This document shows positions 1 through 9,841 of a stretch of 32,000 nucleotides of DNA, one piece after another; positions within the stretch are counted from its first letter, which is position 1; each line of letters opens with the position of its first letter. The notes under the pieces were generated by a model, which worked only from the letters and a program-made list of their open reading frames with translations, was not told where the DNA came from and did not search any database. The position numbers and the translations under genes are program-made. The DNA is from Bdellovibrionales bacterium (GTDB lineage: Bacteria; Bdellovibrionota; Bdellovibrionia; Bdellovibrionales; UBA1609): NCBI GenBank assembly GCA_963692945.1, contig OY843585.1, positions 1,470,001-1,502,000 on the forward strand, given 5' to 3'.

Positions 1-324
1 AGATGAAATCTTTACTGTAAAACCCTCCCCTTGCTTCATTCTATTAAAACTAAAAAACTCCACATCTTCTGAACTTTTTGGGAGAAATGGAAAAAAGATT
101 TGATCGGAGAGATTTAAAACATACTTTGATCTATTAAATTGAGAAAGATTCACCTTTTCATTTGAAGAGTTTAAGAGAATATAAGGTTCTTCTTTATTAG
201 AATCACTCCCTTCAAGAGTCTCCAATGTATCTTCTGACGAAGAAAACAAAGAGGTGTAAGTTTCTGGATCCATAACAGAACAAGAACAAAACAAAAAAAT
301 TGAACCTAGTAAAAATATTTTCAT
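1..324 (-). CDS. putative secreted protein or lipoprotein; 3' end runs off the window
   Basis: Absent from the ORF track because there is no stop inside the window. ATG at 324-322. The frame, read by hand, is open to base 1 (108 codons): MKIFLLGSIFLFCSCSVMDPETYTSLFSSSEDTLETLEGSDSNKEEPY... It has a hydrophobic N-terminus followed by Cys residues (signal peptide, possible lipobox). No family recognised. Confidence 0.45.
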   Translation of the reverse strand, partial: MKIFLLGSIFLFCSCSVMDPETYTSLFSSSEDTLETLEGSDSNKEEPYILLNSSNEKVNLSQFNRSKYVLNLSDQIFFPFLPKSSEDVEFFSFNRMKQGEGFTVKISS

Positions 325-498
325 TAGAACCCCTTTACTTTTTAAACTATGGATATAAACCTTTTTAAAAATTATTTCAATAAGAATAAAGCAAAAAAAA
401 CACTTACAAAACTCTCTTTAAAAATGGTTCTTTTTAATTTATATGGGTAAATGACGAATAAAAGTTCGGATTTCGTCCTATTCAGTTTTAATTTTTTA

Positions 499-2187
499 TT
501 ATTGTAAATGTTTTGGTATAGATGAAGGAATAGCATTTATAAGTTTTTTAGTGTAAGAGTTTTTAGGAGACCTATAAATCTCTTCGGAATCATTCATTTC
601 AACAATTTGACCCCGATTCATAACGGCCACATAGTCAGAAATGAATTTTACAACCGTTAAATCATGAGATATAAAAACATAAGTTAAATTTAACTTATCT
701 TGAAGATCTTTTAAAAGATTTAAAATCTGAGCTTGTATAGAAACATCTAAGGAAGAAACAGATTCATCACAAATAATAAATTCTGGTTGAACAGCAATGG
801 TTCTAGCAATACATATTCTCTGCCTTTGTCCACCTGAAAATTCATGAGGGTAACGATTTCTCATATTTTTATCCAAACCAACTTGTTTCATAAGTTCTTC
901 CACCTTGCTGATTCGCTCTTCTTTGTTAGGATAAAGATTATGGATCACCATGGGTTCCATAATAGAAGATCCAATGGTCATTCTAGGATTTAAAGAAGCA
1001 TAAGGGTCTTGAAAAATAATTTGTATTTTTCTTCTCATTGCTTTTAATTGTTTTCTATCTAAACTGGTAATATTTATATTATTATAAACCACTGAACCAC
1101 TGGAAGGCTCTATTAAGCGAAGAACAGCACGTCCCAGAGTTGTTTTCCCACAACCTGATTCTCCTACAAGACCTAAAGTGCTTCCTCTTTCCACTTTAAA
1201 AGACACATCATCAACGGCCTTTACCCAAGAATTAACTTTTCCAAAAAAAGACTTTTCCAACGGAAAATATTTTTTTAAATTTTTAACTTCTAATAAAGTC
1301 TCTCCTTTTGTTTTTTTAATTTCCTTTAAAGGCATCTGTGAAAAGTCTCCTCCTCCTTCTAAAAAATCACTAATCATTGGTAACCGAGACGTTTTTACAT
1401 CTAAAGTGGGACGACAAGCCACTAAACCTTTTGTATAAGGATGCTGAGGTTTGTTAAAAATATCTAAAGTGTTTCCTTTTTCAACAATCTCCCCTTTATA
1501 CATCACTAATACTTTTTTTGTTATTTGAGAGATGATACCTAAATCATGAGATATAAATAACATACTCATTTTCAATTTATCTTGCAGTTCTTGTAATAAA
1601 TCTAAAATCTGTTTTTGAATTGTAACATCCAAAGCCGTTGTAGGCTCATCCGCTATCAATAAATCAGGTTGGCAAGCAATGGCCATAGCAATCATAACTC
1701 TTTGTCTTTGCCCACCACTCATTTCATGAGGATAAGAATCAATTCTTTCAGAAGGTCGGACAATTCCTACCTGATTCAAAAGATCAATGGTTTTTTCTCT
1801 GGCTTCTTTTTTCGTCATATTTTGATGTAAAACCAAAGCCTCTGTGATTTGATAACCAATCGTAAAAACAGGATTCAAGCTGGTCATTGGTTCTTGAAAA
1901 ATCATAGAAATACGATTCCCTCTAACCTTACGAATCTCTCGTTCAGAACATTTAAGTAAGTCTTTCCCATCTAATAAAATTTCACCACCTGTAATTTTGC
2001 CAGGAGGCTCTTGTATCAATCTCATCAAACTAAGAGCTGTAACACTTTTTCCTGAACCCGACTCTCCAACTAAACCAATGGTTTCACCAGAATGAATATC
2101 TAAAGACACACCACGAACAGCATGAACCAACAAACTCTTAGTTTTAAACTCAACCTGTAAATTATTGACTTTGATTAAAGATGACAT
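499..2187 (-). CDS. ABC transporter ATP-binding protein with two fused nucleotide-binding domains (Dpp/Opp-type, YejF/GsiA-like)
   Basis: Two Walker A motifs ([16 protein letters not shown]), two ABC signatures (LSGGQRQR-like MSGGQRQR and FSGGQRQR) and two Walker B motifs ([15 protein letters not shown]). The track ORF starts at a TTG (2226). The ATG at 2187 ([14 protein letters not shown]) matches the usual N-terminus. No permease or binding-protein gene is adjacent. Confidence 0.9.
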   Translation of the reverse strand: MSSLIKVNNLQVEFKTKSLLVHAVRGVSLDIHSGETIGLVGESGSGKSVTALSLMRLIQEPPGKITGGEILLDGKDLLKCSEREIRKVRGNRISMIFQEPMTSLNPVFTIGYQITEALVLHQNMTKKEAREKTIDLLNQVGIVRPSERIDSYPHEMSGGQRQRVMIAMAIACQPDLLIADEPTTALDVTIQKQILDLLQELQDKLKMSMLFISHDLGIISQITKKVLVMYKGEIVEKGNTLDIFNKPQHPYTKGLVACRPTLDVKTSRLPMISDFLEGGGDFSQMPLKEIKKTKGETLLEVKNLKKYFPLEKSFFGKVNSWVKAVDDVSFKVERGSTLGLVGESGCGKTTLGRAVLRLIEPSSGSVVYNNINITSLDRKQLKAMRRKIQIIFQDPYASLNPRMTIGSSIMEPMVIHNLYPNKEERISKVEELMKQVGLDKNMRNRYPHEFSGGQRQRICIARTIAVQPEFIICDESVSSLDVSIQAQILNLLKDLQDKLNLTYVFISHDLTVVKFISDYVAVMNRGQIVEMNDSEEIYRSPKNSYTKKLINAIPSSIPKHLQ

Positions 2188-2349
2188 TCTGTCAATTAAA
2201 ATAATTGTTTCTAAAGATTTTGACAACTCTTTATCTCAATTTTTTAAAACTCTATTCCTTTTTAAAACTCTAGTGAAGAATCTAGAAAAAATGATATTGA
2301 AAATAGCCCTCTTTTCAATTAAAGTTTCAAAATAGAGAGGAAATCTATT

Positions 2350-3009
2350 TTGCCAAGATCAAATCAAACTAAACAAAACCTCTATTTAGATACCGTTTTT
2401 GGATATGAGGATGATCTTCTCAAAAGTATCAAAGAGCTTGCACAAAAAGAACAAGTCCTTTCTATGCAGTTATCTCCTCATGAAGGCCAACTCCTGTATT
2501 TTTTAGCAAAATCTATCAAAGCCAACAAAATTGTTGAAATAGGTTCTCTCTACTCCTACTCAACCCTTTATCTAGCAAGAGCTTTAGATTCAGAAAAAGG
2601 TCTTGTTTTTACATGCGATATATCCAAAGAAAGACATCAAACTTCTCAAAAAATTATTAAAAATCATCCAGAATACAAAAAAATTAAGTGGGTCACTGGC
2701 AAGGCTTTAGACACCCTTGCTCAACTAGAAAAAGAGAGTCCTTTTGACATGGTTTTTATTGATGCGGATAAAGAAAACTATGGAAAATATTTTGAATGGA
2801 CTGAAAAAAATCTAAGAAAAAACGGGCTACTTGTCGCTGATAACACTTTTTTATTTGGATCTGTCTATGGAGAATCTGAACGAAAGATAAGTCAAAAAAC
2901 AACAGAAATCATTCGTAAGTTCAATCAAGATATAGCTCAGTCTCCAAATTGGACAAGTGCTCTTATGCCTACCAAGGAAGGTTTAACAGTTGCAATAAAA
3001 AAGTCCTAA
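2350..3009 (+). CDS. class I SAM-dependent O-methyltransferase (caffeoyl-CoA OMT / Methyltransf_3 family)
   Basis: Family-typical layout: ...IVEIGSLYSYSTLYLARAL..., FDMVFIDADKENY, LLVADN. TTG start preceded by GAGAGG. Confidence 0.8.
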   Translation: MPRSNQTKQNLYLDTVFGYEDDLLKSIKELAQKEQVLSMQLSPHEGQLLYFLAKSIKANKIVEIGSLYSYSTLYLARALDSEKGLVFTCDISKERHQTSQKIIKNHPEYKKIKWVTGKALDTLAQLEKESPFDMVFIDADKENYGKYFEWTEKNLRKNGLLVADNTFLFGSVYGESERKISQKTTEIIRKFNQDIAQSPNWTSALMPTKEGLTVAIKKS

Positions 3010-3092
3010 CCCATTCATTCTTTAGCCTAATAAATTTTTAAATCCTACATAAAAAGGTTTTGAAAATATTCTTTTTTTTATATACTACACTT

Positions 3093-3812
3093 ATGGATGC
3101 AATATCTTTTGGAAAAACTCACGTAGGGTTAAAACGAAAAGACAACCAAGATTCTATTCTTATAGACAAAGAACTAAACCTTTATGCTATAGCTGATGGC
3201 ATGGGGGGTCATAAAGGAGGATCTGTTGCATCAAAATTGGCGATTGAATCTCTTCAAAAATTTATAAAAGAGGCCGTGAAATTAGATCATTTTCAACCAG
3301 AAACAGTTCTAATAGAAGCCTTTCAAGAAGCAAACAACCAAGTTTATGAAAAAAGCCAAGAAAGTATAGAAGTAACAGGTATGGGAACAACTCTTGTGGT
3401 CCTTATGATCTGGAAAAATAAGATATTTTTTGCAAATGTTGGAGATTCTAGAGCTTATTTATTTAGAGATCCTTATCTATGGAGAGTCACAGAAGATCAT
3501 TCCATACTTAATAATCAAATTAAAAAAGGATTAATTGATGAAAAAAAAGCATCTACTCTTGTAGATACAAATATGATCACCCGAAGCATTGGATTTATTC
3601 CTGATGTAGAGGTTGATATTTTTCAAAAAGATTTGCAAATTCATGACTTATTTATACTCTGCTCCGATGGTCTTGTAGAAATGATGGATGATAAAACCAT
3701 TTGTGAACTAAGTAAAAGCTATGCCCCTGATGCTCTAGTAGATCAATTTATTAATAGAGCTCTTGACGCAGGTGGAAATGATAATATATCTGTTATTGTA
3801 GTTGTCCCTTAA
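3093..3812 (+). CDS. PP2C-family Ser/Thr protein phosphatase
   Basis: Motifs NQDS, ADGMGGH, GMGTT, ANVGDSRAY, TEDHS, LCSDGL and GGNDNISVIVV. The track start is a TTG at 3060. The ATG at 3093 (MDAISFGKTHVGLKRKDNQD) fits the family N-terminus. Confidence 0.9.
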   Translation: MDAISFGKTHVGLKRKDNQDSILIDKELNLYAIADGMGGHKGGSVASKLAIESLQKFIKEAVKLDHFQPETVLIEAFQEANNQVYEKSQESIEVTGMGTTLVVLMIWKNKIFFANVGDSRAYLFRDPYLWRVTEDHSILNNQIKKGLIDEKKASTLVDTNMITRSIGFIPDVEVDIFQKDLQIHDLFILCSDGLVEMMDDKTICELSKSYAPDALVDQFINRALDAGGNDNISVIVVVP

Positions 3813-3836
3813 CTTATTTATGGAGAAACTCAAATT

Positions 3837-4823
3837 ATGATGAGACAAAAAAAATACACTATCATCCTCACAAGCAATACGGCCACTTCCCCTAAAAAAA
3901 TATCTGTATCTCAAAAACAACTAAGTATTGGCTTTATCATCTTTGTTATTTTAACAGTTTCTTTTGTCTCCTTTTTAACAGATTACTTTCAACTTAATGT
4001 GGATCAATGGAAACTGCACTCCCTAAAAAAAGAAAACCAACAATTAGAAAAGAAATTTGTTTATGTTGAAAGAAGTTTTAAAGAATTAGAAAATAAAGTC
4101 CAACAGCTTACAGACTTTTCTCGTAAATTGAAACTCATTACAACAATTTCTACCCGTTCACCTCAGCTCAATACAGGTTATGGAAAAGTTTCTTTTGATT
4201 CACAAATTTTAGCTCTTTCTCAAAACAATCCTCAACGTCAACTGGCTTCCTATAAAAAACCACAAAAAAATAATAGAAAAATAGATGTAACTCCTACTGA
4301 AATGAGTAACGAAATTGAAATACGTATTGAACAATTAAAAGAGGCAAATCAGCTTATCAAACAAGATGTGTGGCAGCTTTATAGCGATCTGTTAAAAAAA
4401 CAAGAGTTCCTAAATAACACACCAAGTATCTTACCAACTAGAGGTTGGGTTTCTTCAACTTATGGTTATAGAAATGAAACTGTTTTTGTGGATCACCAAC
4501 CACAATTTCATAAAGGTTTAGATATAGCAACAAGAAGAGGAGAACCTGTTGTTTCTACAGCGGATGGAAAAGTTGTCTATGCAGGCTACGATGAATTTGG
4601 TTATGGGAATCTTTTGGTGATTGATCACGGTTACAATTTAAAAACCTACTATGCTCACCTTTCAGAAATTAAAGTAGAAAAAGGATCTTTCGTTAATAGA
4701 GGACAAGAGATTGCCTCTGTTGGGAACACAGGCAAAAGCACAGGTCCACATCTTCATTATGAGATTCGGATTTTTGACCAATCTGTAAATCCTGAAAACT
4801 ATATTGTAGATGATTTTCATTAG
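3837..4823 (+). CDS. M23-family metallopeptidase with N-terminal TM and coiled-coil region (EnvC/NlpD-like)
   Basis: C-terminal LytM domain: HKGLDIA ... GYGNLLVIDHG ... AHLSEI ... GNTGKSTGPHLHYEI. GGAG lies upstream of the ATG. Confidence 0.9.
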   Translation: MMRQKKYTIILTSNTATSPKKISVSQKQLSIGFIIFVILTVSFVSFLTDYFQLNVDQWKLHSLKKENQQLEKKFVYVERSFKELENKVQQLTDFSRKLKLITTISTRSPQLNTGYGKVSFDSQILALSQNNPQRQLASYKKPQKNNRKIDVTPTEMSNEIEIRIEQLKEANQLIKQDVWQLYSDLLKKQEFLNNTPSILPTRGWVSSTYGYRNETVFVDHQPQFHKGLDIATRRGEPVVSTADGKVVYAGYDEFGYGNLLVIDHGYNLKTYYAHLSEIKVEKGSFVNRGQEIASVGNTGKSTGPHLHYEIRIFDQSVNPENYIVDDFH

Positions 4824-4829
4824 TATTTT

Positions 4830-5396
4830 TTAATACTCTATCTTTTTAAAACCATCCTTTTTTTTAAAAAATACTCTTTTACACCAACTGTTGGCTCGCG
4901 ATGTTACAGAACCACGAGAACGACTTGGTAATCCAATTTTAGACATAATCAAAAGATCTACAAATTTTTCAAAAGCTAATACAGATCCATAAGAAACTGC
5001 ACCTAATCCAAAAAGACTCATTAAAAAAGAGGACTGGTTTGATTCTGATATATAAGCCCACAAACTCACCAAAGCGATTATTTCCATAGAAATTACTGTA
5101 AAACTTACCATAGGTCTCGCAATAACTGCTTTCAGAGCTACATCTTGAAACTCTGCACTGTTCACAAATTCTATTAAAAATTTTTTGTTAGATTCTTGAA
5201 ATAAAAAACTTTCATTTTTTTCTATAATTTTGTTCAATTCATTGAGCCTTTTTGGATTCTCAACACTTGATTTTAAGATATGAATGATTTCATACTTGAT
5301 TCCATTAAATTCAGCCTCTTCAATAGGTAGTCCATCCGGATTTTGAGTATAGGCAAAATTTGGTAGTATAAGTAAAATAAAAAATAAATTTTTCAT
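4830..5396 (-). CDS. hypothetical signal-peptide and membrane protein, tandem paralog 1
   Basis: N-terminal signal peptide MKNLFFILLILPNFAYTQ, C-terminal hydrophobic segments and a basic tail ...SRANSWCKRVFFKKK. Clearly paralogous to 5476..6054. Confidence 0.6.
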   Translation of the reverse strand: MKNLFFILLILPNFAYTQNPDGLPIEEAEFNGIKYEIIHILKSSVENPKRLNELNKIIEKNESFLFQESNKKFLIEFVNSAEFQDVALKAVIARPMVSFTVISMEIIALVSLWAYISESNQSSFLMSLFGLGAVSYGSVLAFEKFVDLLIMSKIGLPSRSRGSVTSRANSWCKRVFFKKKDGFKKIEY

Positions 5397-5475
5397 TGGA
5401 ATATACTAATACTCTTTTTCTATTTAATTTTCAACATTTGATGTATTTTTTACAAAAAAACAGTAAAAAAAACGG

Positions 5476-6054
5476 CTAAAATATCGGTTTTGAAAATACT
5501 CTTTTACATGTGCTCATTGTTCTTGAAAAAACACCAGGACGAGATTTTTTAGGTAAAGGAAGTTTACGCACAATAAAATAATCTGCAAGTTCCTCTGTAA
5601 CAAAGACACTACCTATGAAAGTAAAAGTAAGTATCCCTACCATATGACTGACACTCATAAACAATTTTGAATCAATATGTAAAAAATCAGAGGCTATTTC
5701 TATTCCATACATTGTTCTTAAAATTGAAAATACAATAAAAGCACTTAACCCATATAAAGCAACAGGTTTTTTCCAAATGGCTTTTAATATTAGATTTTGA
5801 AAACTCTCACTATTTATTAATTCCTTTAACAATTTTTGATTAAAATCTTGAAGCAAAAAATCTTTATTATCCTCTACGATATTAGAGAATCTTTTAAACC
5901 CCTCTTTCTTTATAACATGGCCTTGTAAAGAAAGAAATATTTGATCTTTAAACATATTAAATTGATTCCTTTGATGACTTGAAATCTCTTCCAGATTTTG
6001 AGCACAAACAAAGTTTGATAGAATAAATAATAAAATAAAAAATATAGATTTCAT
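5476..6054 (-). CDS. hypothetical signal-peptide and membrane protein, tandem paralog 2
   Basis: MKSIFFILLFILSNFVCAQ signal peptide. Shares blocks with 4830..5396: N(E/K)(S/D)FL(F/L)Q...(F/L)(V/I)NS(A/E)(E/S)FQ...LKA(V/I) and LP..SR..V.SR..S.CKRVF. Confidence 0.6.
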   Translation of the reverse strand: MKSIFFILLFILSNFVCAQNLEEISSHQRNQFNMFKDQIFLSLQGHVIKKEGFKRFSNIVEDNKDFLLQDFNQKLLKELINSESFQNLILKAIWKKPVALYGLSAFIVFSILRTMYGIEIASDFLHIDSKLFMSVSHMVGILTFTFIGSVFVTEELADYFIVRKLPLPKKSRPGVFSRTMSTCKRVFSKPIF

Positions 6055-6082
6055 CTTGTCATAGAATCTTATTTATTATGAA

Positions 6083-7333
6083 CTACCTTCCAATATCTTT
6101 ACGGTATTGCATGCCTTTCCAAGAGATTGCTTTAAGATGTTTATAAACTTCACTAAGAGCTTCTTCGCGACCATCTCCTATAGAAATAACATTTAAAACT
6201 CTACCTCCATTTACAACCCATTTTTGGTCTTTATCTCTTTGAGTAATAGCTCCATGAAGAAAGTAACTCGAATCGGATTGATGATAGATAAAACCATCAA
6301 TCACAGTCCCTTTAGTGGGATGATCTGGATAACCTTCACTCGCTAAAACCACACAAGCCGAATGTTTATTTTTCCACTCTAGAGAAACTTTCTGTTTTGA
6401 GGCTACTTTATAAAAAACATCAGCCCAAGACCCATCCAATAAGGGAAGTAAAACTTGAGCCTCTGGATCTCCAAATCTCACATTGTATTCTAATACTTTA
6501 GGAATGCCTTTATGAACCATTAACCCAATATATAAAACACCATTGTAGGGCGTCCCCCTTGCTTTCAAACCTTCTAAGCTTGGCCGAACAATAGAACCCT
6601 CAATGCTCTTTTTTAGATTTTCAGGTATTTTAATAGGAGCAATAGCACCCATCCCCCCTGTATTAGGACCTTCTTGTCCATCATAAAGCCTTTTGTAATC
6701 TTTAGCTATAGGAAGAATTTCATAATCTTCTCCATTAGTAATTATAAAAACAGATATCTCTTCACCAGATTGAAAATCCTCTATGATGGCTTTTTCACCA
6801 GCTGCACCGAAGACTTTTTTCTCAAATAAAATTTGAGCTTTTTCCTCCAACTCTTGAACAGTAGAACATAAAAACACTCCCTTTCCTCCTGCTAAACCAT
6901 CGGCTTTCAATACATAAGGAGGAAAAAAGTTTTCAGATTCTCTTAAAACATCAGAGACACTAGATACAACCTGATAAGAAGCTGTAGGAATCTGATATTC
7001 TTTCATAAATTTTTTTGCAAAAATTTTACTTCCTTCCAATTGAGCCGCTGCTCCAGAAGGGCCGAAAACTTTAATTCCTTTTTCTCGTAAAATATCAGCC
7101 CAAGATTCCACTAAGGGTTGCTCAGGCCCTATAACTACAAGATCTATTTCTTCTTTAAGAAGACAATGGACCAAAGCCTCTTTATTTCCCAAAAAAGAAG
7201 AAGGAAGATTTTCTACATTTTGAAGACTGATTCTTTCAGGTAAAACATAAACTTTAGAAACTTTTGAATCCTCTTGCAAAACTTTTACCAAAGCATGTTC
7301 CCTACAACCATTACCAATAACTAAAACTTTCAT
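6083..7333 (-). CDS. purD: phosphoribosylamine--glycine ligase
   Basis: Full-length PurD-like sequence: [18 protein letters not shown]-grasp core ([19 protein letters not shown]) and C-terminal GGRVL. Confidence 0.95.
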   Translation of the reverse strand: MKVLVIGNGCREHALVKVLQEDSKVSKVYVLPERISLQNVENLPSSFLGNKEALVHCLLKEEIDLVVIGPEQPLVESWADILREKGIKVFGPSGAAAQLEGSKIFAKKFMKEYQIPTASYQVVSSVSDVLRESENFFPPYVLKADGLAGGKGVFLCSTVQELEEKAQILFEKKVFGAAGEKAIIEDFQSGEEISVFIITNGEDYEILPIAKDYKRLYDGQEGPNTGGMGAIAPIKIPENLKKSIEGSIVRPSLEGLKARGTPYNGVLYIGLMVHKGIPKVLEYNVRFGDPEAQVLLPLLDGSWADVFYKVASKQKVSLEWKNKHSACVVLASEGYPDHPTKGTVIDGFIYHQSDSSYFLHGAITQRDKDQKWVVNGGRVLNVISIGDGREEALSEVYKHLKAISWKGMQYRKDIGR

Positions 7334-7354
7334 AATTTTTTAAACTTTCCTTAT

Positions 7355-7750
7355 CTAAGATAAAAAGTATTTTTTTTGTGCTTCCACAGGACTATAGAGA
7401 TGAGATTTCCTCCCCCAAAATTTATATCTCTTTGCAGAGACCCACCTATAAAAAATATCATAAAAACTCTCAGGTAAAAATCTAAAAATTTTTGTAGTTT
7501 TTGGATAAATCAAACTCATGATTTCTGCTATTGCTTTAGATTCTTTAAATAAAACATTCTCTCTCAAAAAAATAATAGATTTTAGATTTTTCAAATCTTC
7601 ATTTTTTAACAAACTTTTTGCTGTAGAACCTTGTAAAGGAGCATAAAAAAGCTGTCTTAATTTATCTCGTTTAAAAATAAAATTTATGAAGTGATCACAA
7701 AGGTTACATTCTCCATCAAAAAATATAATATTTTTAGATTCTGTATTCAT
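7355..7750 (-). CDS. DCC-family thiol-disulfide oxidoreductase (DUF393)
   Basis: N-terminal FDGECNLCDHFINFI motif (the D-C-x-x-C signature of the DCC1-like family), at typical size (~130 aa). Confidence 0.75.
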   Translation of the reverse strand: MNTESKNIIFFDGECNLCDHFINFIFKRDKLRQLFYAPLQGSTAKSLLKNEDLKNLKSIIFLRENVLFKESKAIAEIMSLIYPKTTKIFRFLPESFYDIFYRWVSAKRYKFWGRKSHLYSPVEAQKKYFLS

Positions 7751-7771
7751 TTTTAATATCTATAAAAATGG

Positions 7772-7842
7772 TAACACATTGCTTTAAGAAGTATCAAAAT
7801 TAAAAAATAAATAAATAAGAGAGCAATAACACATTGCTTTAA
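7772..7842. promoter_or_regulatory. two perfect 16-nt direct repeats in the divergent DCC / thyA intergenic region
   Basis: taacacattgctttaa occurs at 7772-7787 and 7827-7842, 55 bp apart. Confidence 0.3.
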
Positions 7843-7909
7843 TATTTTTTTCTGTAAGCAAGATAGTAACCATTGAACTCTTAAAAACTAAATTATATCT
7901 TTTTTATAA

Positions 7910-8701
7910 ATGAAATCTTATTTATCTTTCCTAAAAGAAATTATGGAACAGGGTATAGATCGCAAAGATCGCACAGGAACTGGAACTCGTTCTATTTTTG
8001 GTTATCAAATGAAATTTAATCTCAGCCAAGGATTTCCATTAGTGACAACAAAAAAACTCCACCTCAAATCTATTATCTATGAACTCCTTTGGCTCATAAA
8101 AGGAGATACAAATGTAAAGTACTTACAAGATAACAATGTTCGTATTTGGAATGAATGGGCTGATGAGAGTGGGAATTTGGGACGCATTTATGGAGCACAG
8201 TGGAGAGATTGGAAAACTCCTGATGGAAAAACTATAGACCAACTTTTAAATACCATTGAAGCAATAAAGTCAGACCCTTATTCGCGCAGACATCTCATAG
8301 TGGCTTTTAATCCGGGGGAATTAGATAAAATGGCTCTTCCACCTTGCCATGCTTTTTTTCAATTCTATGTGGCTAAAGAGCGACTCAGTTGCCAACTCTA
8401 TCAAAGAAGTGCTGATGCTTTTTTAGGAGTTCCTTTTAACATAGCTAGTTATTCCTTATTAACACTCATGATGAGTCAAGTTTGTAATTTAAAACCAGGT
8501 TTCTTTGTTCACACCTTTGGAGATGCTCATATTTACCACAATCATTTTGAACAAATCAAACTCCAACTCACTCGTGAACCTCATCCTCTTCCTCAAATGA
8601 GGATAAAACCGGAAAAAAATCTGCTTGATTACAAGTATGAAAATTTTGAATTGTTAAATTATAAGTATCATCCAGCCATTAAAGGCAGAGTTGCGGTATA
8701 A
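7910..8701 (+). CDS. thyA: thymidylate synthase (ThyA type)
   Basis: Canonical motifs RTGTGT, LPPCH (catalytic Cys), [20 protein letters not shown] and C-terminal ...GRVAV. Confidence 0.97.
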   Translation: MKSYLSFLKEIMEQGIDRKDRTGTGTRSIFGYQMKFNLSQGFPLVTTKKLHLKSIIYELLWLIKGDTNVKYLQDNNVRIWNEWADESGNLGRIYGAQWRDWKTPDGKTIDQLLNTIEAIKSDPYSRRHLIVAFNPGELDKMALPPCHAFFQFYVAKERLSCQLYQRSADAFLGVPFNIASYSLLTLMMSQVCNLKPGFFVHTFGDAHIYHNHFEQIKLQLTREPHPLPQMRIKPEKNLLDYKYENFELLNYKYHPAIKGRVAV

Positions 8702-8851
8702 TAAGTTTTATGAGTTTGCATTATTTTGTTAGTTTAAGTAGATTATGAAAATTTTGAATTGTTAAATTATAAGTATCATCCAGCCATTAAAGGCAGAGTT
8801 GCGGTATAATAAGTTTTATGAGTTTGCATTATTTTGTTAGTTTAAGTAGAT
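8636..8851 (+). repeat. perfect 2 x 108-bp tandem duplication spanning the last 66 nt of thyA plus 42 nt downstream
   Basis: Bases 8636-8743 and 8744-8851 are identical base for base (hand comparison). The flanking bases differ (8635 g vs 8743 t; 8744 t vs 8852 a). Confidence 0.95.
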
Positions 8852-9061
8852 AAGGTGAAATTTTTAATTTGGATTTTTTCTTTAATTTTCATAGTGACTA
8901 AGTTGATTTTGTAGAGGGAGGTATTTTATAATTAAAAACAAATCTAAAATCTCAAATATTTTATATCGTATCAAAAGAGGAATCTTTATTTTTTTATCTG
9001 TCTTTTTTCTAGTTATTATTTCACTGATTGTAGCTGGTTATATTATAGAGCTTTTTAACAA

Positions 9062-9577
9062 ATGATTAAAAATCAACAAATCACTCTTTCTCATATGGTT
9101 GCTGCTTCTCAAAATAATGTTATAGGTTTTAACAATAAACTCCCTTGGCATATTCCTGAAGATCTCAAGTATTTTAAAAATACTACCACTGGAAAACCTC
9201 TCATTATGGGAAGAAAAACTTTTGAATCTTTAGGTCAATCTCTCCCTGATCGTTTAAATGTAGTTGTAACACGAAATAAATCTTTTAAAGCCGATAAGGA
9301 TGCTGTTGTTGTTTCCTCTATTAAAAAAGCCATTGCCTTTTGTAAACAAAAAAAGAATATCAAAAAATATGGCACAGAGATTTTTATAACAGGAGGAGGA
9401 GAAATCTTCACACAAACAATGGATATGGTAGATCGGTTGTATATCACAAGAATTCATCAAGATTATGAAGGAGATGCTTTTTACCCTGAGATACCAAAAA
9501 ATAAATTTGAAGAAGTCAGCCGTATTGACAGAACGGAACCCATTCCTTTTTCTTTTCTTATTTTTGAAAAAATTTGA
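9062..9577 (+). CDS. folA: dihydrofolate reductase
   Basis: VIGFNNKLPWHIPEDLKYFKNTT.GKPLIMGRKTFESLG..LPDRLNVVVTR and ITGGGEIF are typical FolA motifs. Confidence 0.92.
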   Translation: MIKNQQITLSHMVAASQNNVIGFNNKLPWHIPEDLKYFKNTTTGKPLIMGRKTFESLGQSLPDRLNVVVTRNKSFKADKDAVVVSSIKKAIAFCKQKKNIKKYGTEIFITGGGEIFTQTMDMVDRLYITRIHQDYEGDAFYPEIPKNKFEEVSRIDRTEPIPFSFLIFEKI

Positions 9578-9678
9578 TTCTACAATTCTTTTAAATATCT
9601 TTTTTTTATAGAATAATAAATATCACTGATTTTCTTTATGAAGTAAATCTTCTAATCTTTTTTTAATTTTTTTAACTT

Positions 9679-9831
9679 CTAATTGTTTATTAGCCCACCA
9701 ATCTGTTGACCAAATTCTCTAAGTTGTCTTTTCTTTTTCAGTTTTTTTTCTATAGCCGTATGAGCTGAAAGAACTTCTTTCTTTGTTACCCTCCTTGCTG
9801 TTTTAAATGGAAATGTTTTTATTTTTTTCAT
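9679..9831 (-). CDS. possible small basic protein (50 aa), unannotated in the track
   Basis: Hand translation: MKKIKTFPFKTARRVTKKEVLSAHTAIEKKLKKKRQLREFGQQIGGLINN*. The ATG lies 10 nt after the murD stop. No Shine-Dalgarno sequence and no recognised family. Confidence 0.2.
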   Translation of the reverse strand: MKKIKTFPFKTARRVTKKEVLSAHTAIEKKLKKKRQLREFGQQIGGLINN

Positions 9832-9841
9832 AAAAAAAGAA

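Noticed and set aside
2243-2318. Short repeats in the ABC / methyltransferase divergent region: tttaaaactcta twice at 2243 and 2261, and the inverted repeat ttgaaaa-N8-ttttcaa at 2297-2318
   Set aside because: They are AT-only, short and plausible by chance in this composition. They are not distinctive enough to call a regulatory site.
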